Shown in pieces: positions 41,205-50,687 of a stretch of 64,000 nt of DNA. Source of the stretch: an uncultured delta proteobacterium (GTDB lineage Bacteria > Myxococcota > Myxococcia > Myxococcales > Myxococcaceae); NCBI GenBank assembly GCA_963776345.1, contig CAVZMH010000015.1, forward strand, positions 160,001 to 224,000, given 5' to 3'. The translations under genes and the position numbers were made by a program. The notes beneath the pieces are model-generated. The model searched no databases. It was not told the origin of the DNA and was given only the letters and a program-made list of their open reading frames with translations. Each line of letters starts with the position of its first letter. Positions within the stretch are counted from its first letter, which is position 1.

Positions 41205-41822
41205 GTGCTCGCCAGGTTGCCGGTCATGTTCCTCGCGCTGGTCCCGGCGCTCGCCCTCGCCGAGGGGCGCTTCGACGAGCTCCGCAAGGGCGCCCAGCCG
41301 TTCGACGGAGGGCTGGGCGAGTTCCTGGAGGTCTTCCTGGGCGACTGCGGCCAGGCCTCGAACACCGCCAACTGCCGCAACCGCTCCCGCGAGTTCCAGG
41401 TCCAGGCGAAGGGGAAGCGCTTCTACTTCCTGGTCCGGGAGGACGAGGCGGGGATGGTGGGCATGTCGGAGAGCACCCGCTCGGGGGGCGACTTCACCAT
41501 CGAGGTGACGCCCTTCTTTCCCGGCGCCGAGCACGCGCTGACCAACGCGGTGCCGAAGAAGACCGACGCCCGCGGGAACCCCATCCTCCCGGTGCTGATG
41601 CTCGCCGGGACGCTGCCCGACGGCGAGACCGTCGACGGCATGGAGCGGCTGTTCAGGAACCGCGGCGTGCGGGTCGAGCTGCTCGTCCGGCCCGAGAAAC
41701 CTTGGGCGCTGGCGAAGAAGGGCGGCGGCCAGCTCACCGGGGTGCAGGCGAAGCTCGAGGCGATCCAGGTGACCTCGCGGACCGGCGCGGTCCTCGCGAC
41801 GTGGATCGCGCCCGAGAAATGA
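41205..41822 (+). CDS. Secreted hypothetical protein
   Basis: AGGAGG RBS; signal peptide ending ALA; paired Cys. Confidence 0.75.
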   Translation: MLARLPVMFLALVPALALAEGRFDELRKGAQPFDGGLGEFLEVFLGDCGQASNTANCRNRSREFQVQAKGKRFYFLVREDEAGMVGMSESTRSGGDFTIEVTPFFPGAEHALTNAVPKKTDARGNPILPVLMLAGTLPDGETVDGMERLFRNRGVRVELLVRPEKPWALAKKGGGQLTGVQAKLEAIQVTSRTGAVLATWIAPEK

Positions 41823-41935
41823 CGGCCGCCGAAGCCGATGCTCTGCTCTCGGCGCTCGGACGGACGCTTGCCATCGCTCCGGGCCTGCCGCCGCATCTGG
41901 GACAAATGGAAGGAGCGCGGGCTGGGGGTAGCGCC

Positions 41936-42229
41936 TCAGGAGCTCGCTGCGGCCGGGGGAAATACGCTGTCCACCGCGGCGGCGCCCCGCCCCGCCGCCA
42001 GCGCCGCGACGAACGCACGCGCCCGCGCCGCCGGGTCGATGCCGGGCGGGAGCTCGCGTCGCATCTTCCCGCGCTGCAGCAAATGACGGACCGCCTCCTC
42101 GAACGCGCCGCGGGCACCGGCATCCTCGATCGGCGCGGCCGCCCAGCGCTCCGCCACCTCGACCAGCGCCTGGCGCACCGTCCTGCGCTTCCCGAGCAGC
42201 GGCTCGAACAGGGGGTCGTGCGCGCTCAC
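41936..42229 (-). CDS. Small hypothetical protein
   Basis: GTG overlaps the htrA stop (GTGA); helical 97-aa product. Confidence 0.5.
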   Translation of the reverse strand: MSAHDPLFEPLLGKRRTVRQALVEVAERWAAAPIEDAGARGAFEEAVRHLLQRGKMRRELPPGIDPAARARAFVAALAAGRGAAAVDSVFPPAAASS

Positions 42230-43623
42230 GGGGTGTCCAGCACCAGGCGCTTGGGCCTGCCCTGCCGCTCGACCTCGAGCGTGAGCCGGCTCCCCGCCGA
42301 TCGCTCCGCCAGCGCCGAGCGGAAGCTCTCCACGCTGGCCACCCGCTGCCCCGCCGCCTCCACCACCACGTCCCCGAGCCGCACGCCGGCACGGGCCGCG
42401 GGCCCGCTGGGCGTGACCTGCACCACCCACGCCCCGAACGGCGAGCGCGCGCCGAGCCGGTTCGCCGAGTCGGCGTCGAGGTCCGAGACCGTCATGCCGA
42501 GGCGGTCCAGGTCGGCCCGGGGCTCGACCTCGCCGGTGGGGCCTCCGGCCGGCGTCGGCCGCACCGGGCGCTCGACGACGCGCGCGGTGAACTCTCGCGC
42601 CGCCGACCCGCGCTGCACGCCCATCCGCACCAGCGTCCCTGGCGCCAGGAGCGAGATCTTCCTCAGCAGCTGGAGGTACGAGTCCACCGGACGCCCGTTG
42701 ATGGTCGTCACCCGATCTCCCGGCCGGAGGCCCACTGCGGCCGCCGGCCCGCCGGGGTAGACGTCCATCACCTGCGCCGAGTGCTTCCCCGGCTCCTCCA
42801 CCACCGTCATCCCCAGCCATCCCCGCTCCACGTGCCCGTTGTCCATGAGGTTGGGGAGCAGGTCCTTCACCATGTTGATCGGCACGGCGAACCCGATGCC
42901 CTGGGCGTTGCTGATGACCGCGCTGTTCACCCCCACCACCTCGCCCCGCATGTTGAACAGCGGCCCGCCGCTGTTGCCGGGGTTGATGAGCGCGTCGGTC
43001 TGGATGAAGTCGTCGAGCGGCCCGACGCCGAGCACCCGCTCCTTGGCCGAGATGAGGCCGTGGGAGACGCTGCGGTCGAGGCCGAAGGGGTTGCCGATGG
43101 CGACGACCCAGTCCCCCACCTCCAGCCGGTCCGAGTCGCCCAGCACCACCGAGGGCAGGTCGGTGGCATCCACCACCCGGAGCAGGGCGAGGTCGGTGTC
43201 GGGGTCGCTGCCCACCAGCTCGGCGTCGAACATCCGCCCGTCGGCGAGACGCACCTGGATCCACTGCGCGTCCTTCACCACGTGGTGGTTGCTCACCACG
43301 TACCCCTCGGGCCCGAGCAGGAACCCGGACCCGGTCGCGGTGGGGATGCGGCCGGCGGAGATGCCCTCCACCGGCTCGGAGTAGGTCAGGACGTTGATCA
43401 CCCCCGGGCTGACCGCGCGGATGAGCGGCGCCAGCGAGCTCGGCGCGGAGAAGCCGACCAGGAAGGGACCCGAGCCGTTGCGCTCCCGCCAGAGGGGCGT
43501 CTTGGAGATCGGGAACCTGTCTCCCTGCTCGAAGGCACGGGCACGCTCCCGCGCCCAGTCCTCGAACGCGTGCTGGGGACCGGTGGCGCCGAGGGCCAGG
43601 ACGAGGAGAGCGGAGAGCGGCAC
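42226..43623 (-). CDS. HtrA/DegP-family serine protease with two PDZ domains
   Basis: GSGF, SNHHVV, DLAL, IQTDALINPGNSGGPL, GIGFAVP, two PDZ-like segments. Confidence 0.93.
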   Translation of the reverse strand: MPLSALLVLALGATGPQHAFEDWARERARAFEQGDRFPISKTPLWRERNGSGPFLVGFSAPSSLAPLIRAVSPGVINVLTYSEPVEGISAGRIPTATGSGFLLGPEGYVVSNHHVVKDAQWIQVRLADGRMFDAELVGSDPDTDLALLRVVDATDLPSVVLGDSDRLEVGDWVVAIGNPFGLDRSVSHGLISAKERVLGVGPLDDFIQTDALINPGNSGGPLFNMRGEVVGVNSAVISNAQGIGFAVPINMVKDLLPNLMDNGHVERGWLGMTVVEEPGKHSAQVMDVYPGGPAAAVGLRPGDRVTTINGRPVDSYLQLLRKISLLAPGTLVRMGVQRGSAAREFTARVVERPVRPTPAGGPTGEVEPRADLDRLGMTVSDLDADSANRLGARSPFGAWVVQVTPSGPAARAGVRLGDVVVEAAGQRVASVESFRSALAERSAGSRLTLEVERQGRPKRLVLDTP

Positions 43624-43639
43624 GAGTCGGACCGCGACT

Positions 43640-44242
43640 CTACGCCTTCGCCGGCTCCAGGTACCTGCCGACCTTCACCCGGCCCGGGCGAATCACCCGG
43701 CCACGGAGGGCGTAGGCGGCCCGCTGCTCGGCCAGCACCCGCTCGTTCTGGTCCGGCGAGGGCACCAGCTCCATGTCCACCGCCTCGGCGGCGTTCGGGT
43801 CGTAGGGGCGGCCGACCAGGGACACCCGCTCGATCCCGCCCGCCTCCAGCTTCTGGAGCAGCTTGTCCCGGATCAACCGGACGCCCTGGGCGAAGGGAGA
43901 GCCGTCGTCCGCGGCGAGCGAGAGGTCCAGCTCGTCGATGGCCTCGATGATCGCCAGGGCCACCTGCCCCTTCTCCACCTCGATCATCCGGTCGCGCTCG
44001 CGCTGGACGCGCTGCTTGAACTCGTCGCGGTCACGCATCACGTCCTGGATGCCGCGGGCCAGCTCGTCCACCCGCCGGCGGGCGGCCTCCAGCTCGGTGC
44101 GGAGCTGGGCGACCTCGTCGACAGCGGCCGGCGGCTCGGCCGTCTCCGGAGGCGCCACGGTCTCCGGCTGGGGCGCGGCGACACCCGCGCGGGGGGACCC
44201 ATCGGCGTTGTAACGGCGCTTGTCGTTCACTCGGACGGTCAT
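43640..44242 (-). CDS. grpE: Nucleotide exchange factor GrpE
   Basis: Coiled-coil N-half, [19 protein letters not shown]. Confidence 0.85.
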   Translation of the reverse strand: MTVRVNDKRRYNADGSPRAGVAAPQPETVAPPETAEPPAAVDEVAQLRTELEAARRRVDELARGIQDVMRDRDEFKQRVQRERDRMIEVEKGQVALAIIEAIDELDLSLAADDGSPFAQGVRLIRDKLLQKLEAGGIERVSLVGRPYDPNAAEAVDMELVPSPDQNERVLAEQRAAYALRGRVIRPGRVKVGRYLEPAKA

Positions 44243-44253
44243 CGCTCCCGGCC

Positions 44254-44281
44254 AAACTAACCAGATGGCCCAGGCTGTCAA
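44254..44281 (-). promoter_or_regulatory. Putative sigma70-type promoter of grpE-htrA
   Basis: TTGACA-N16-TAGTTT on the minus strand just upstream of grpE. Confidence 0.35.
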
Positions 44282-44375
44282 CGCCCGGACGCCGGCCGGG
44301 CTTGAGCGGCCGGAGCGTCCATCGTACGAGGGTTGGCGGCGCCAACCTCGGCGCTCCGACGGAGGTCAAGCGGCG

Positions 44376-46034
44376 ATGGCGGGACGGGTGATCCGGGCCC
44401 CCCGGGGAAACGAGCGCAGCTGCCGAGGCTGGGTGCAGGAGGCCGCGCTCCGGATGCTGATGAACAACCTCGACCCGGAGGTCGCGGAGCGGCCCGGCGA
44501 CCTGGTGGTCTACGGCGGCACCGGCAAGGCGGCGCGGGACTGGGCCTCCTTCGACCGGATGGTGGCGACGCTCCGGACGCTCGGCGACGACGAGACGATG
44601 CTGGTGCAGTCGGGGAAGCCGGTGGGCGTGCTCCGGACCCATCCCGACGCGCCGCGGGTGCTGCTGGCGAACTCGAACCTGGTCGGACGCTGGTCCACCT
44701 GGGAGGTCTTCCGCGAGCTCGAGGCGAAGGGCCTGATGATGTACGGGCAGATGACCGCGGGCTCGTGGATCTACATCGGCACGCAGGGCATCTTGCAGGG
44801 CACCTACGAGACCTTCGCCCAGGCGGGCCGGACCCACTTCGGGACGGACGACCTCTCGGGCCGGCTGGTGCTCTCCGGAGGGCTCGGGGGCATGGGCGGC
44901 GCCCAGCCGCTGGCGGCGACGATGAACGGCGGAGTGTTCCTCGGCGTGGAGGTGGACCCGGAGCGGGCGCGGCGACGGGTCGAGCAACGCTACCTGGACG
45001 TCATCGCCCGGGACCTCGACGACGCGCTCGCCCAGGTCGACGCGGCGCGCGCGCGGAAGCAGGCCCGCTCCATCGCGGTCATCGGCAACGCCGCGGACGT
45101 GTACCCCGAGCTGGTGCGCCGGGGCATCGCCCCAGATCTGGTGACCGACCAGACCTCGGCGCACGACCCGCTGAACGGCTACATCCCCCGGGGCCTCTCG
45201 CTGGCGGAGGCCGCCGAGCTGCGGCGGTCGCGCCCCGAGGAGCACGTGCGGCGGGCCCAGGAGTCGATGGCGATCCAGGTCCGGGCGATGCTGGACATGA
45301 AGGCAGCGGGGAGCCACGTCTTCGACTACGGCAACAACATCCGCGCCGGCGCCCAGGCGGCCGGACTGAAGAACGCGTTCGACTTCCCCGGCTTCGTCCC
45401 GGCGTACATCCGCCCGCTGTTCTGCGAGGGCGCGGGGCCGTTCCGGTGGGTGGCGCTGTCGGGGGACCCGGAGGACATCCGCCGCACCGACCGCGCAGTG
45501 CTCGAGCTGTTCCCGGAGAAGACGGGGCTCGCCCGCTGGCTCCGCCTCGCCGCCGAGCGGGTGGCGTTCCAGGGCCTCCCGGCGCGCATCTGCTGGCTCG
45601 GTTACGGGGAGCGGCACCGCGCGGGGCTGGCCTTCAACCAGCTGGTGCGCCAGGGCGAGGTCAAGGCGCCCATCGTCATCGGCCGCGACCACCTGGACTG
45701 CGGCTCGGTGGCCTCGCCCAACCGCGAGACGGAGGCGATGAAGGACGGCTCCGACGCGGTGGCCGACTGGCCCATCCTGAACGCGCTGGTGAACGCGGTG
45801 AACGGCGCGAGCTGGGTGAGCGTGCACAACGGCGGCGGGGTGGGCATCGGCTACTCGCTGCACGCCGGGCAGGTCATCGTCGCCGACGGGACCGAGGCCG
45901 CGGCGCGGCGCATCGAGCGCGTCCTGACTTCCGACCCGGGCATGGGCGTGCTCCGGCACGTCGACGCCGGGTACCCCGAGGCCATCGAGGTCGCCCGCGC
46001 CCGCGGGGTGAAGATTCCCGGCGTCACCAGCTGA
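44376..46034 (+). CDS. hutU: Urocanate hydratase
   Basis: [49 protein letters not shown]. Confidence 0.97.
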   Translation: MAGRVIRAPRGNERSCRGWVQEAALRMLMNNLDPEVAERPGDLVVYGGTGKAARDWASFDRMVATLRTLGDDETMLVQSGKPVGVLRTHPDAPRVLLANSNLVGRWSTWEVFRELEAKGLMMYGQMTAGSWIYIGTQGILQGTYETFAQAGRTHFGTDDLSGRLVLSGGLGGMGGAQPLAATMNGGVFLGVEVDPERARRRVEQRYLDVIARDLDDALAQVDAARARKQARSIAVIGNAADVYPELVRRGIAPDLVTDQTSAHDPLNGYIPRGLSLAEAAELRRSRPEEHVRRAQESMAIQVRAMLDMKAAGSHVFDYGNNIRAGAQAAGLKNAFDFPGFVPAYIRPLFCEGAGPFRWVALSGDPEDIRRTDRAVLELFPEKTGLARWLRLAAERVAFQGLPARICWLGYGERHRAGLAFNQLVRQGEVKAPIVIGRDHLDCGSVASPNRETEAMKDGSDAVADWPILNALVNAVNGASWVSVHNGGGVGIGYSLHAGQVIVADGTEAAARRIERVLTSDPGMGVLRHVDAGYPEAIEVARARGVKIPGVTS

Positions 46035-46080
46035 ACGTCCGGCATTGCCGAGACTCCGCTGCGCGCGCGATGCTGCCCTC

Positions 46081-46302
46081 GTGGGCCGACTCTCGAGCAC
46101 CGCGGGGCTCTTCCTGGTCCTCGCGGGCGTGATGACCGGCTTCATCGCGGCCGGCTGGACGGACTTCGCCGACCGGGCGACGCGCCGCCTCGGACGGCCC
46201 TGTTCGCACAGCGACGGGATCGCCTGCATCGTCGACGTTCGACCCGGGACGATCCACTGGCCGCCCGAGTTCCACGGTCGGCGGAGACCAGGCCGACGAT
46301 GA
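46081..46302 (+). CDS. Possible small membrane protein between hutU and hutI
   Basis: High GC3 codons, TM-like GLFLVLAGVMTGFIAAGW, two Cys; stop overlaps the hutI ATG (ATGA). Confidence 0.4.
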   Translation: MGRLSSTAGLFLVLAGVMTGFIAAGWTDFADRATRRLGRPCSHSDGIACIVDVRPGTIHWPPEFHGRRRPGRR

Positions 46303-47561
46303 GCCGTCCGTTCGATCTCCTCGTCCGCAACGCCGGGACGGTCTTCACCGCCGACGGCCCGGAAGGCGGCAGCGCGCAGCAGCTGCTCGCGCCCATCCGG
46401 GGCGGAGCGGTGGGCATCCTTGACGCGCACCTCGCCTGGATTGGACCCGAGGGGGAACTCCCGGGCGACTCGCTCGCGCCATCGACGCGCATCCTCGACG
46501 CGGGCGGCGGGCTGGTCGCGCCCGGCTTCGTCGACTCCCACACCCACCTCGTCTGGGCCGGCGACCGTTCGGGCGAGTTCGCGCTCCGCTGCGCCGGGGC
46601 CGACTACCTCTCCATCGCCCGAGCGGGCGGCGGCATCGCCTCCACGGTGCGAGCGGTGCGGGCGGCCTCCGACGAGACGCTCATCGCGCTCGCCCTCCCC
46701 CGCCTCCAGCGCCTCCTCGCCCAGGGCGTCACCACCGCGGAGGTGAAGAGCGGCTACGGGCTGGACGCCGAGACCGAGCTGCGGATGCTCCGGGTCATCG
46801 ACCGGCTCGGCGCGCTCCAGCCCATCCGGCTCCTCCGGACCTTCCTCTGGCCGCATGCCATGCCTCCCGGGAGCACCGACCGGGCCGGCTTCCTGGACCG
46901 CGGCCGGGAGGTCCTCCGCGAGGTGGCGCGCGCGGGGCTGGCGCGCTTCGCCGATGCCTTCGTCGAGGAGGGCGCGTTCGGCCAGGACGAGATCCGGCCC
47001 TTCCTCGAGGAGGCGCGCGCCCTGGGGCTCGGGCTCAAGCTCCACGTCGACCAGCTCCACGCCGGTCACGGCGCCGAGCTCGCCGCGAGCCTCGGCGCGC
47101 TCTCCGCCGACCACCTCGAGTCGACCGGCCCCGAAGGCATCGCCGCGCTCGCCAGGGCGCGGACCACCGCGGTCCTCATCCCCACCGCCACGCTGGTGCT
47201 CCGGCTGCCGCGGTACGCGCCGGGACGTGCGCTGGTGGACGCGGGCGTCGGCGTGGCGATCGCCAGCAACTGCAACCCGGGCAGCGCGCCGACCGAGAAC
47301 CTCGCGCTGGCGCTCTCCCTGGCCTGCCTGCAGAACGGGCTCACCCCGGCCGAGGCCCTGCTGGGCGTCACCCGGCGGGGCGGCGAGGCCCTCGGCGACG
47401 CCTCGCTGGGCAGGCTTCGGGTGGGAGGCCCGGCGGACCTGGTGGTCCTCGGTGCGCCGGACGTCGACCACCTCGTCGCCCATCTCGCCACCAGCCACGT
47501 CCAGGCGGTGGTGCGCGACGGACGCATCGTCCTGCGGTCGGACGAGAACGCGCGCTGCTGA
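46299..47561 (+). CDS. hutI: Imidazolonepropionase
   Basis: PGFVDSHTHL, EVKSGYGL, KLHVDQL, SADHLE, NCNPGS. Confidence 0.93.
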   Translation: MSRPFDLLVRNAGTVFTADGPEGGSAQQLLAPIRGGAVGILDAHLAWIGPEGELPGDSLAPSTRILDAGGGLVAPGFVDSHTHLVWAGDRSGEFALRCAGADYLSIARAGGGIASTVRAVRAASDETLIALALPRLQRLLAQGVTTAEVKSGYGLDAETELRMLRVIDRLGALQPIRLLRTFLWPHAMPPGSTDRAGFLDRGREVLREVARAGLARFADAFVEEGAFGQDEIRPFLEEARALGLGLKLHVDQLHAGHGAELAASLGALSADHLESTGPEGIAALARARTTAVLIPTATLVLRLPRYAPGRALVDAGVGVAIASNCNPGSAPTENLALALSLACLQNGLTPAEALLGVTRRGGEALGDASLGRLRVGGPADLVVLGAPDVDHLVAHLATSHVQAVVRDGRIVLRSDENARC

Positions 47562-47714
47562 GGAAAGTTCCAGCCCGGGCCTCCCACGAGGCCCGGGCCC
47601 GGAACAGGGCTTTCCCGCTCTGCCTCCGACCACCGGAGGGCAGAACACCCATCGCCGTCAAACAGGCGCCCCCCGTTCACATTCCGCAACGGTCCGGTGA
47701 CGCAGGGGGGTGCC
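47562..47714. other. Cluster of three strong hairpins (terminator/REP-like or structured RNA)
   Basis: gcccgggcctc-ccac-gaggcccgggc (47573-47598); tctgcctccg-accac-cggagggcaga (47619-47644); ggcgcccccc..ggggggtgcc (47665-47714). Confidence 0.55.
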
Positions 47715-47764
47715 GGTGGCCCCGCTGCGAACGTCAAGCGGCTCGTGTATGAAGAGAGGAGTCC

Positions 47765-48613
47765 ATGTGTCGTCTGTTCGGCTTTCGGTCCACGGCGTCA
47801 GAGCGGGTGCATGACGCGCTGGTGCTGGAGCGAAACTCGCTCCGCCGGCAATCGCTCGAGCACCCCGACGGCTGGGGCATCGCCTCCTGGCAGGACGGCG
47901 GCTTTCCCGAGGTCGCGCGGGGGCTCGGCGCAGCCCACCTGGATCCCGAGTTCGAGCGCGTCAGCAGCGCGGTGAAGGCCCGCACCGTGCTCGCCCACCT
48001 CCGGCTGGCCTCGGTCGGCTCGGTGAAGCTGGACAACGCCCACCCCTTCACCCACGGCCGCTGGGCGTTCGCCCACAACGGCACGCTGCACGCGTTCGAC
48101 CGGCACCGCGCCGCCATCGAGGCGCTCATCGCTCCGGCGTACCGCACCTTCCGCGGCGACACCGACTCCGAGCGCTGCTTCGCGCTCTTCCTGACCCGGC
48201 TCTCGTCCCGGGCCGACCCGCAGGGAACACCCTCGCTGGACGACGTGCAGTGGGCGCTGGCCACGACCGTCGACGAGGTCGGGCGCATCACCGACCTGGA
48301 CGTGGGGACCGGGAAGCGCTCGGCGATGAACTTCCTCGTCACCGACGGCGACCTGCTCGCCGCCATCCGCCGCGACCGGACCCTCTTCCTCGCCGCGGAG
48401 TCAGACGAGGGCGTTCCACTCCGGGAGCGCCCGGCCACCGGCACCCGGGTGTACGCGCTCGAGGTCGCCAGCGAGGAGCTCCAGGGGCCCGACGTCTGGC
48501 ACGAGGTGCCCCAGGATGGCGTCATCGGCATCGACCGGGACCTGACGTTCGTGGAAACCTCGCTCGCGACGCTGCTTCAGCGCACCGCGGGCACGCTCGC
48601 CCGCACGGGGTGA
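47765..48613 (+). CDS. Class II glutamine amidotransferase-like protein (YafJ/EgtC-like)
   Basis: N-terminal MCRLFG, HPDGWG, HLRLAS, NAHPF, HNG, GDTDSE. Confidence 0.88.
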   Translation: MCRLFGFRSTASERVHDALVLERNSLRRQSLEHPDGWGIASWQDGGFPEVARGLGAAHLDPEFERVSSAVKARTVLAHLRLASVGSVKLDNAHPFTHGRWAFAHNGTLHAFDRHRAAIEALIAPAYRTFRGDTDSERCFALFLTRLSSRADPQGTPSLDDVQWALATTVDEVGRITDLDVGTGKRSAMNFLVTDGDLLAAIRRDRTLFLAAESDEGVPLRERPATGTRVYALEVASEELQGPDVWHEVPQDGVIGIDRDLTFVETSLATLLQRTAGTLARTG

Positions 48614-48616
48614 GCC

Positions 48617-49615
48617 ATGCCCATCAATCTGCAGCAAGCCCGGGCCGCCATCGAGCAGGCCCAGGAGAACGCCCTGGCTCAGCAGGCCCAGCAGGCGCTC
48701 CAGGGCCCGCGCCAGTTCGCGCGCCCATCGGTCGAGCACCTCTCGCTCGGACGGGGGCTCCGGGTCGTCATCCTCCTCGTGCTCTGGGCGCTCGGGAGCG
48801 TCGTCTCCCTCCTGCTCGGGCTCGGGGCCGGAGGACTGCCCGGGGCGGGCATCTCGCTCCCGCTGGGGGCCATCGTCTCCTTCTTCCTCGCCCTCTACCT
48901 GAGCCACATCGTCCGGATCGCGGCCCAGTGGGAGCGTGGGGTGGTGCTGCGCCTGGGGAAGTTCCACGGGCTCAAGGGCCCGGGCGTCATCCTCGTGTTC
49001 CCGGTGATGGACTCGGTGCGGTTCGTGGACACGCGGCTCCTCACGCTCGACATCCCGCACCAGCAGGTCATCACCCGGGACAACGTGCCGGTCCGGGTGG
49101 ACGGGGTGATCTTCTTCACGGTGCGTGACCCGGAGCGGGCGGTGATCACCGTCCAGGACTACCGGTTCGCCGTCTCGCAGTACGCCCAGGCCTCGCTCCG
49201 CGACGTCATCGGGAGCATGACCCTCGACGAGCTGCTCAGCGAGCGCGATCAGATCCAGTCGAAGATCGCCGCGGTGGTCGAGAGCCGCGCCTCCACCTGG
49301 GGCACGCACATCGACTCCATCCGGCTGCTGGACATCGACATGCCCGAGGACCTCAAGCGGATGATGTCCCGCCAGGCCTCGGCCGAGCGCGAGAAGCGGG
49401 CCACCATCACCAAGGCCGAGGGCGACCGGGATGCGGCGCTCAACCTCGCGGCCGCCGCGGCGACCATGGCCGCGAGCCCCGGGGCGATGCAGCTCCGGAC
49501 GCTCCAGAGCCTCGACGGCCTCGGCTCCTCGCCGTCGAACACCGTGCTGCTCGCCGTGCCGGTGGAGGTGCTGGAGCTCGCCAAGGCCCTGGGCAAGGCG
49601 CGGGGCGAGAGCTGA
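48617..49615 (+). CDS. SPFH/stomatin family membrane protein
   Basis: QWERGVVLRLG, VITRDNV, QASAEREKRA, AMQLRTLQ. Confidence 0.92.
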   Translation: MPINLQQARAAIEQAQENALAQQAQQALQGPRQFARPSVEHLSLGRGLRVVILLVLWALGSVVSLLLGLGAGGLPGAGISLPLGAIVSFFLALYLSHIVRIAAQWERGVVLRLGKFHGLKGPGVILVFPVMDSVRFVDTRLLTLDIPHQQVITRDNVPVRVDGVIFFTVRDPERAVITVQDYRFAVSQYAQASLRDVIGSMTLDELLSERDQIQSKIAAVVESRASTWGTHIDSIRLLDIDMPEDLKRMMSRQASAEREKRATITKAEGDRDAALNLAAAAATMAASPGAMQLRTLQSLDGLGSSPSNTVLLAVPVEVLELAKALGKARGES

Positions 49616-49622
49616 AAAGTGC

Positions 49623-49654
49623 GAGGCCCCCGGGGGTGCGCTCCCGGAGGCCTC
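49623..49654. terminator. Hairpin between convergent genes
   Basis: gaggcccccggg..cccggaggcctc; no U-tract. Confidence 0.35.
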
Positions 49655-49681
49655 GTCCAGTCCGGAGGGGGTGGAGCCGGA

Positions 49682-50371
49682 CTAGATGGGACAGCTCGGG
49701 TTGCTCGGGTCGCAGGAGAAGCCGCCGTCCGGGTTGACGGGAGGCGTGCCGGCATCGGCGCCGCCGCCCGAGTCGCCGCCGTCGGGCGTGCCGGAGGCAG
49801 GGGTGCCGCCATCGACGCAGCTCTGGGGCTCGTCGGCCTCGGTCCTCACCCGGATGACCGGACGGAGGATCCACTCGGGGTTCGGGCCGCCCGTCTCGTG
49901 GTAGGCGATGGAGTTCTTGCCGTCGAAGTCGATGGTCAGGGTGTGCTTGGTGCAGGCGCTGACCGTGAAGGGCCCCTTCAGCTTGAGGCCCGAGGTGGAC
50001 CCGCTCGGCGTCTTCAGCGGCGCATGACTGTCGTCGGCGAGCACCACGTACTGCGGACCGTCGGCCAGCTGCAGCCGGACCTCGGTGACCTGCCCGGCCG
50101 GCAGCGAGACCTCACCGAGCTTCAGCGCGACGTCCTGGAGCGTGAGCAGGTCGACGGTGATCGGCCCGTGAGCCACCGTCACCCAGCCGGCCTGCTCGGA
50201 GTGGGCGGTCACCGTGTCGATGGTGACCACGATGCCCTTGACGTCCGGCGAGGGTGCGTCGACCAGCTCGATGGCGAGCGTGCCGTTGCCCGAGGAGCTG
50301 CCCGCGCCACAACCCGTCATGGCGAGGGCGGCGGTGGCGGCGAGCATCGAACGAAGGAACCGAGAAGACAT
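49682..50371 (-). CDS. DUF4382-like lipoprotein
   Basis: Lipobox MTGC, then GAGSSSGNG linker; LVDAP, VDLLTL, LKTPSG..SGLKL, IDFD..S, ILRPVIR. Confidence 0.78.
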   Translation of the reverse strand: MSSRFLRSMLAATAALAMTGCGAGSSSGNGTLAIELVDAPSPDVKGIVVTIDTVTAHSEQAGWVTVAHGPITVDLLTLQDVALKLGEVSLPAGQVTEVRLQLADGPQYVVLADDSHAPLKTPSGSTSGLKLKGPFTVSACTKHTLTIDFDGKNSIAYHETGGPNPEWILRPVIRVRTEADEPQSCVDGGTPASGTPDGGDSGGGADAGTPPVNPDGGFSCDPSNPSCPI

Positions 50372-50423
50372 CGACGAGGACTCTCGAGGTAGGGCCGTGG
50401 TGGGCGGTGCGCGCCGGCTCGTC

Positions 50424-50440
50424 TGCACTCCGCTTGCCAG
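50424..50440 (-). promoter_or_regulatory. sigma54 -24/-12 promoter for the DUF4382 gene
   Basis: CTGGCAAGCGGAGTGCA (GG-N10-GC). Confidence 0.55.
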
Positions 50441-50575
50441 CCGGACTGAAATCGCGGATTTCCGGCTGGCCTCAGGGCCCTGCGGCGCGTTCTTCAGAGG
50501 GAAACATGTGCGCGGATGTCGCTCGTCCGGCGCTCCCCACGGGTCCCCGCGCGGAGAGTGGGACTGCGCTTGCGG

Positions 50576-50612
50576 TGTACCGTTTGGTGCAGTGGCTGTC
50601 CCGGATGGGACG
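50576..50612. promoter_or_regulatory. Tandem palindromes, putative enhancer (UAS) for an NtrC-type activator
   Basis: TGTACCgtttGGTGCA (50576-50591) and TGTCCCggatGGGACG (50597-50612), 21-bp period. Confidence 0.45.
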
Positions 50613-50655
50613 GCCTGAGCCCGATGGACGAAGTGCTCGTGAGGCGAGTGGTGGG

Positions 50656-50671
50656 CGGCACGACCGTTGCT
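50656..50671 (+). promoter_or_regulatory. sigma54 -24/-12 promoter for the 50688-55755 operon
   Basis: CGGCACGACCGTTGCT, near-consensus TGGCACG-N4-TTGCW. Confidence 0.65.
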
Positions 50672-50687
50672 GTAGGAAGGCTCCAGG

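Noticed and set aside
41819..42086. Possible frameshifted small plus-strand gene starting at the ATGA overlap (MTAAEADALL..RRIWDKWKE)
   Set aside because: Needs an unsupported frameshift and overlaps the minus-strand ORF 41936-42229; no motif
47560..47575. GAGGAAAGTTCC resembling the RNase P RNA GAGGAAAGTCC motif
   Set aside because: The gap is only ~200 bp and the 3' P4 partner motif is absent
47562..47745. Hairpin cluster as a retron msr-msd
   Set aside because: No reverse transcriptase nearby and no flanking a1/a2 inverted repeats identified
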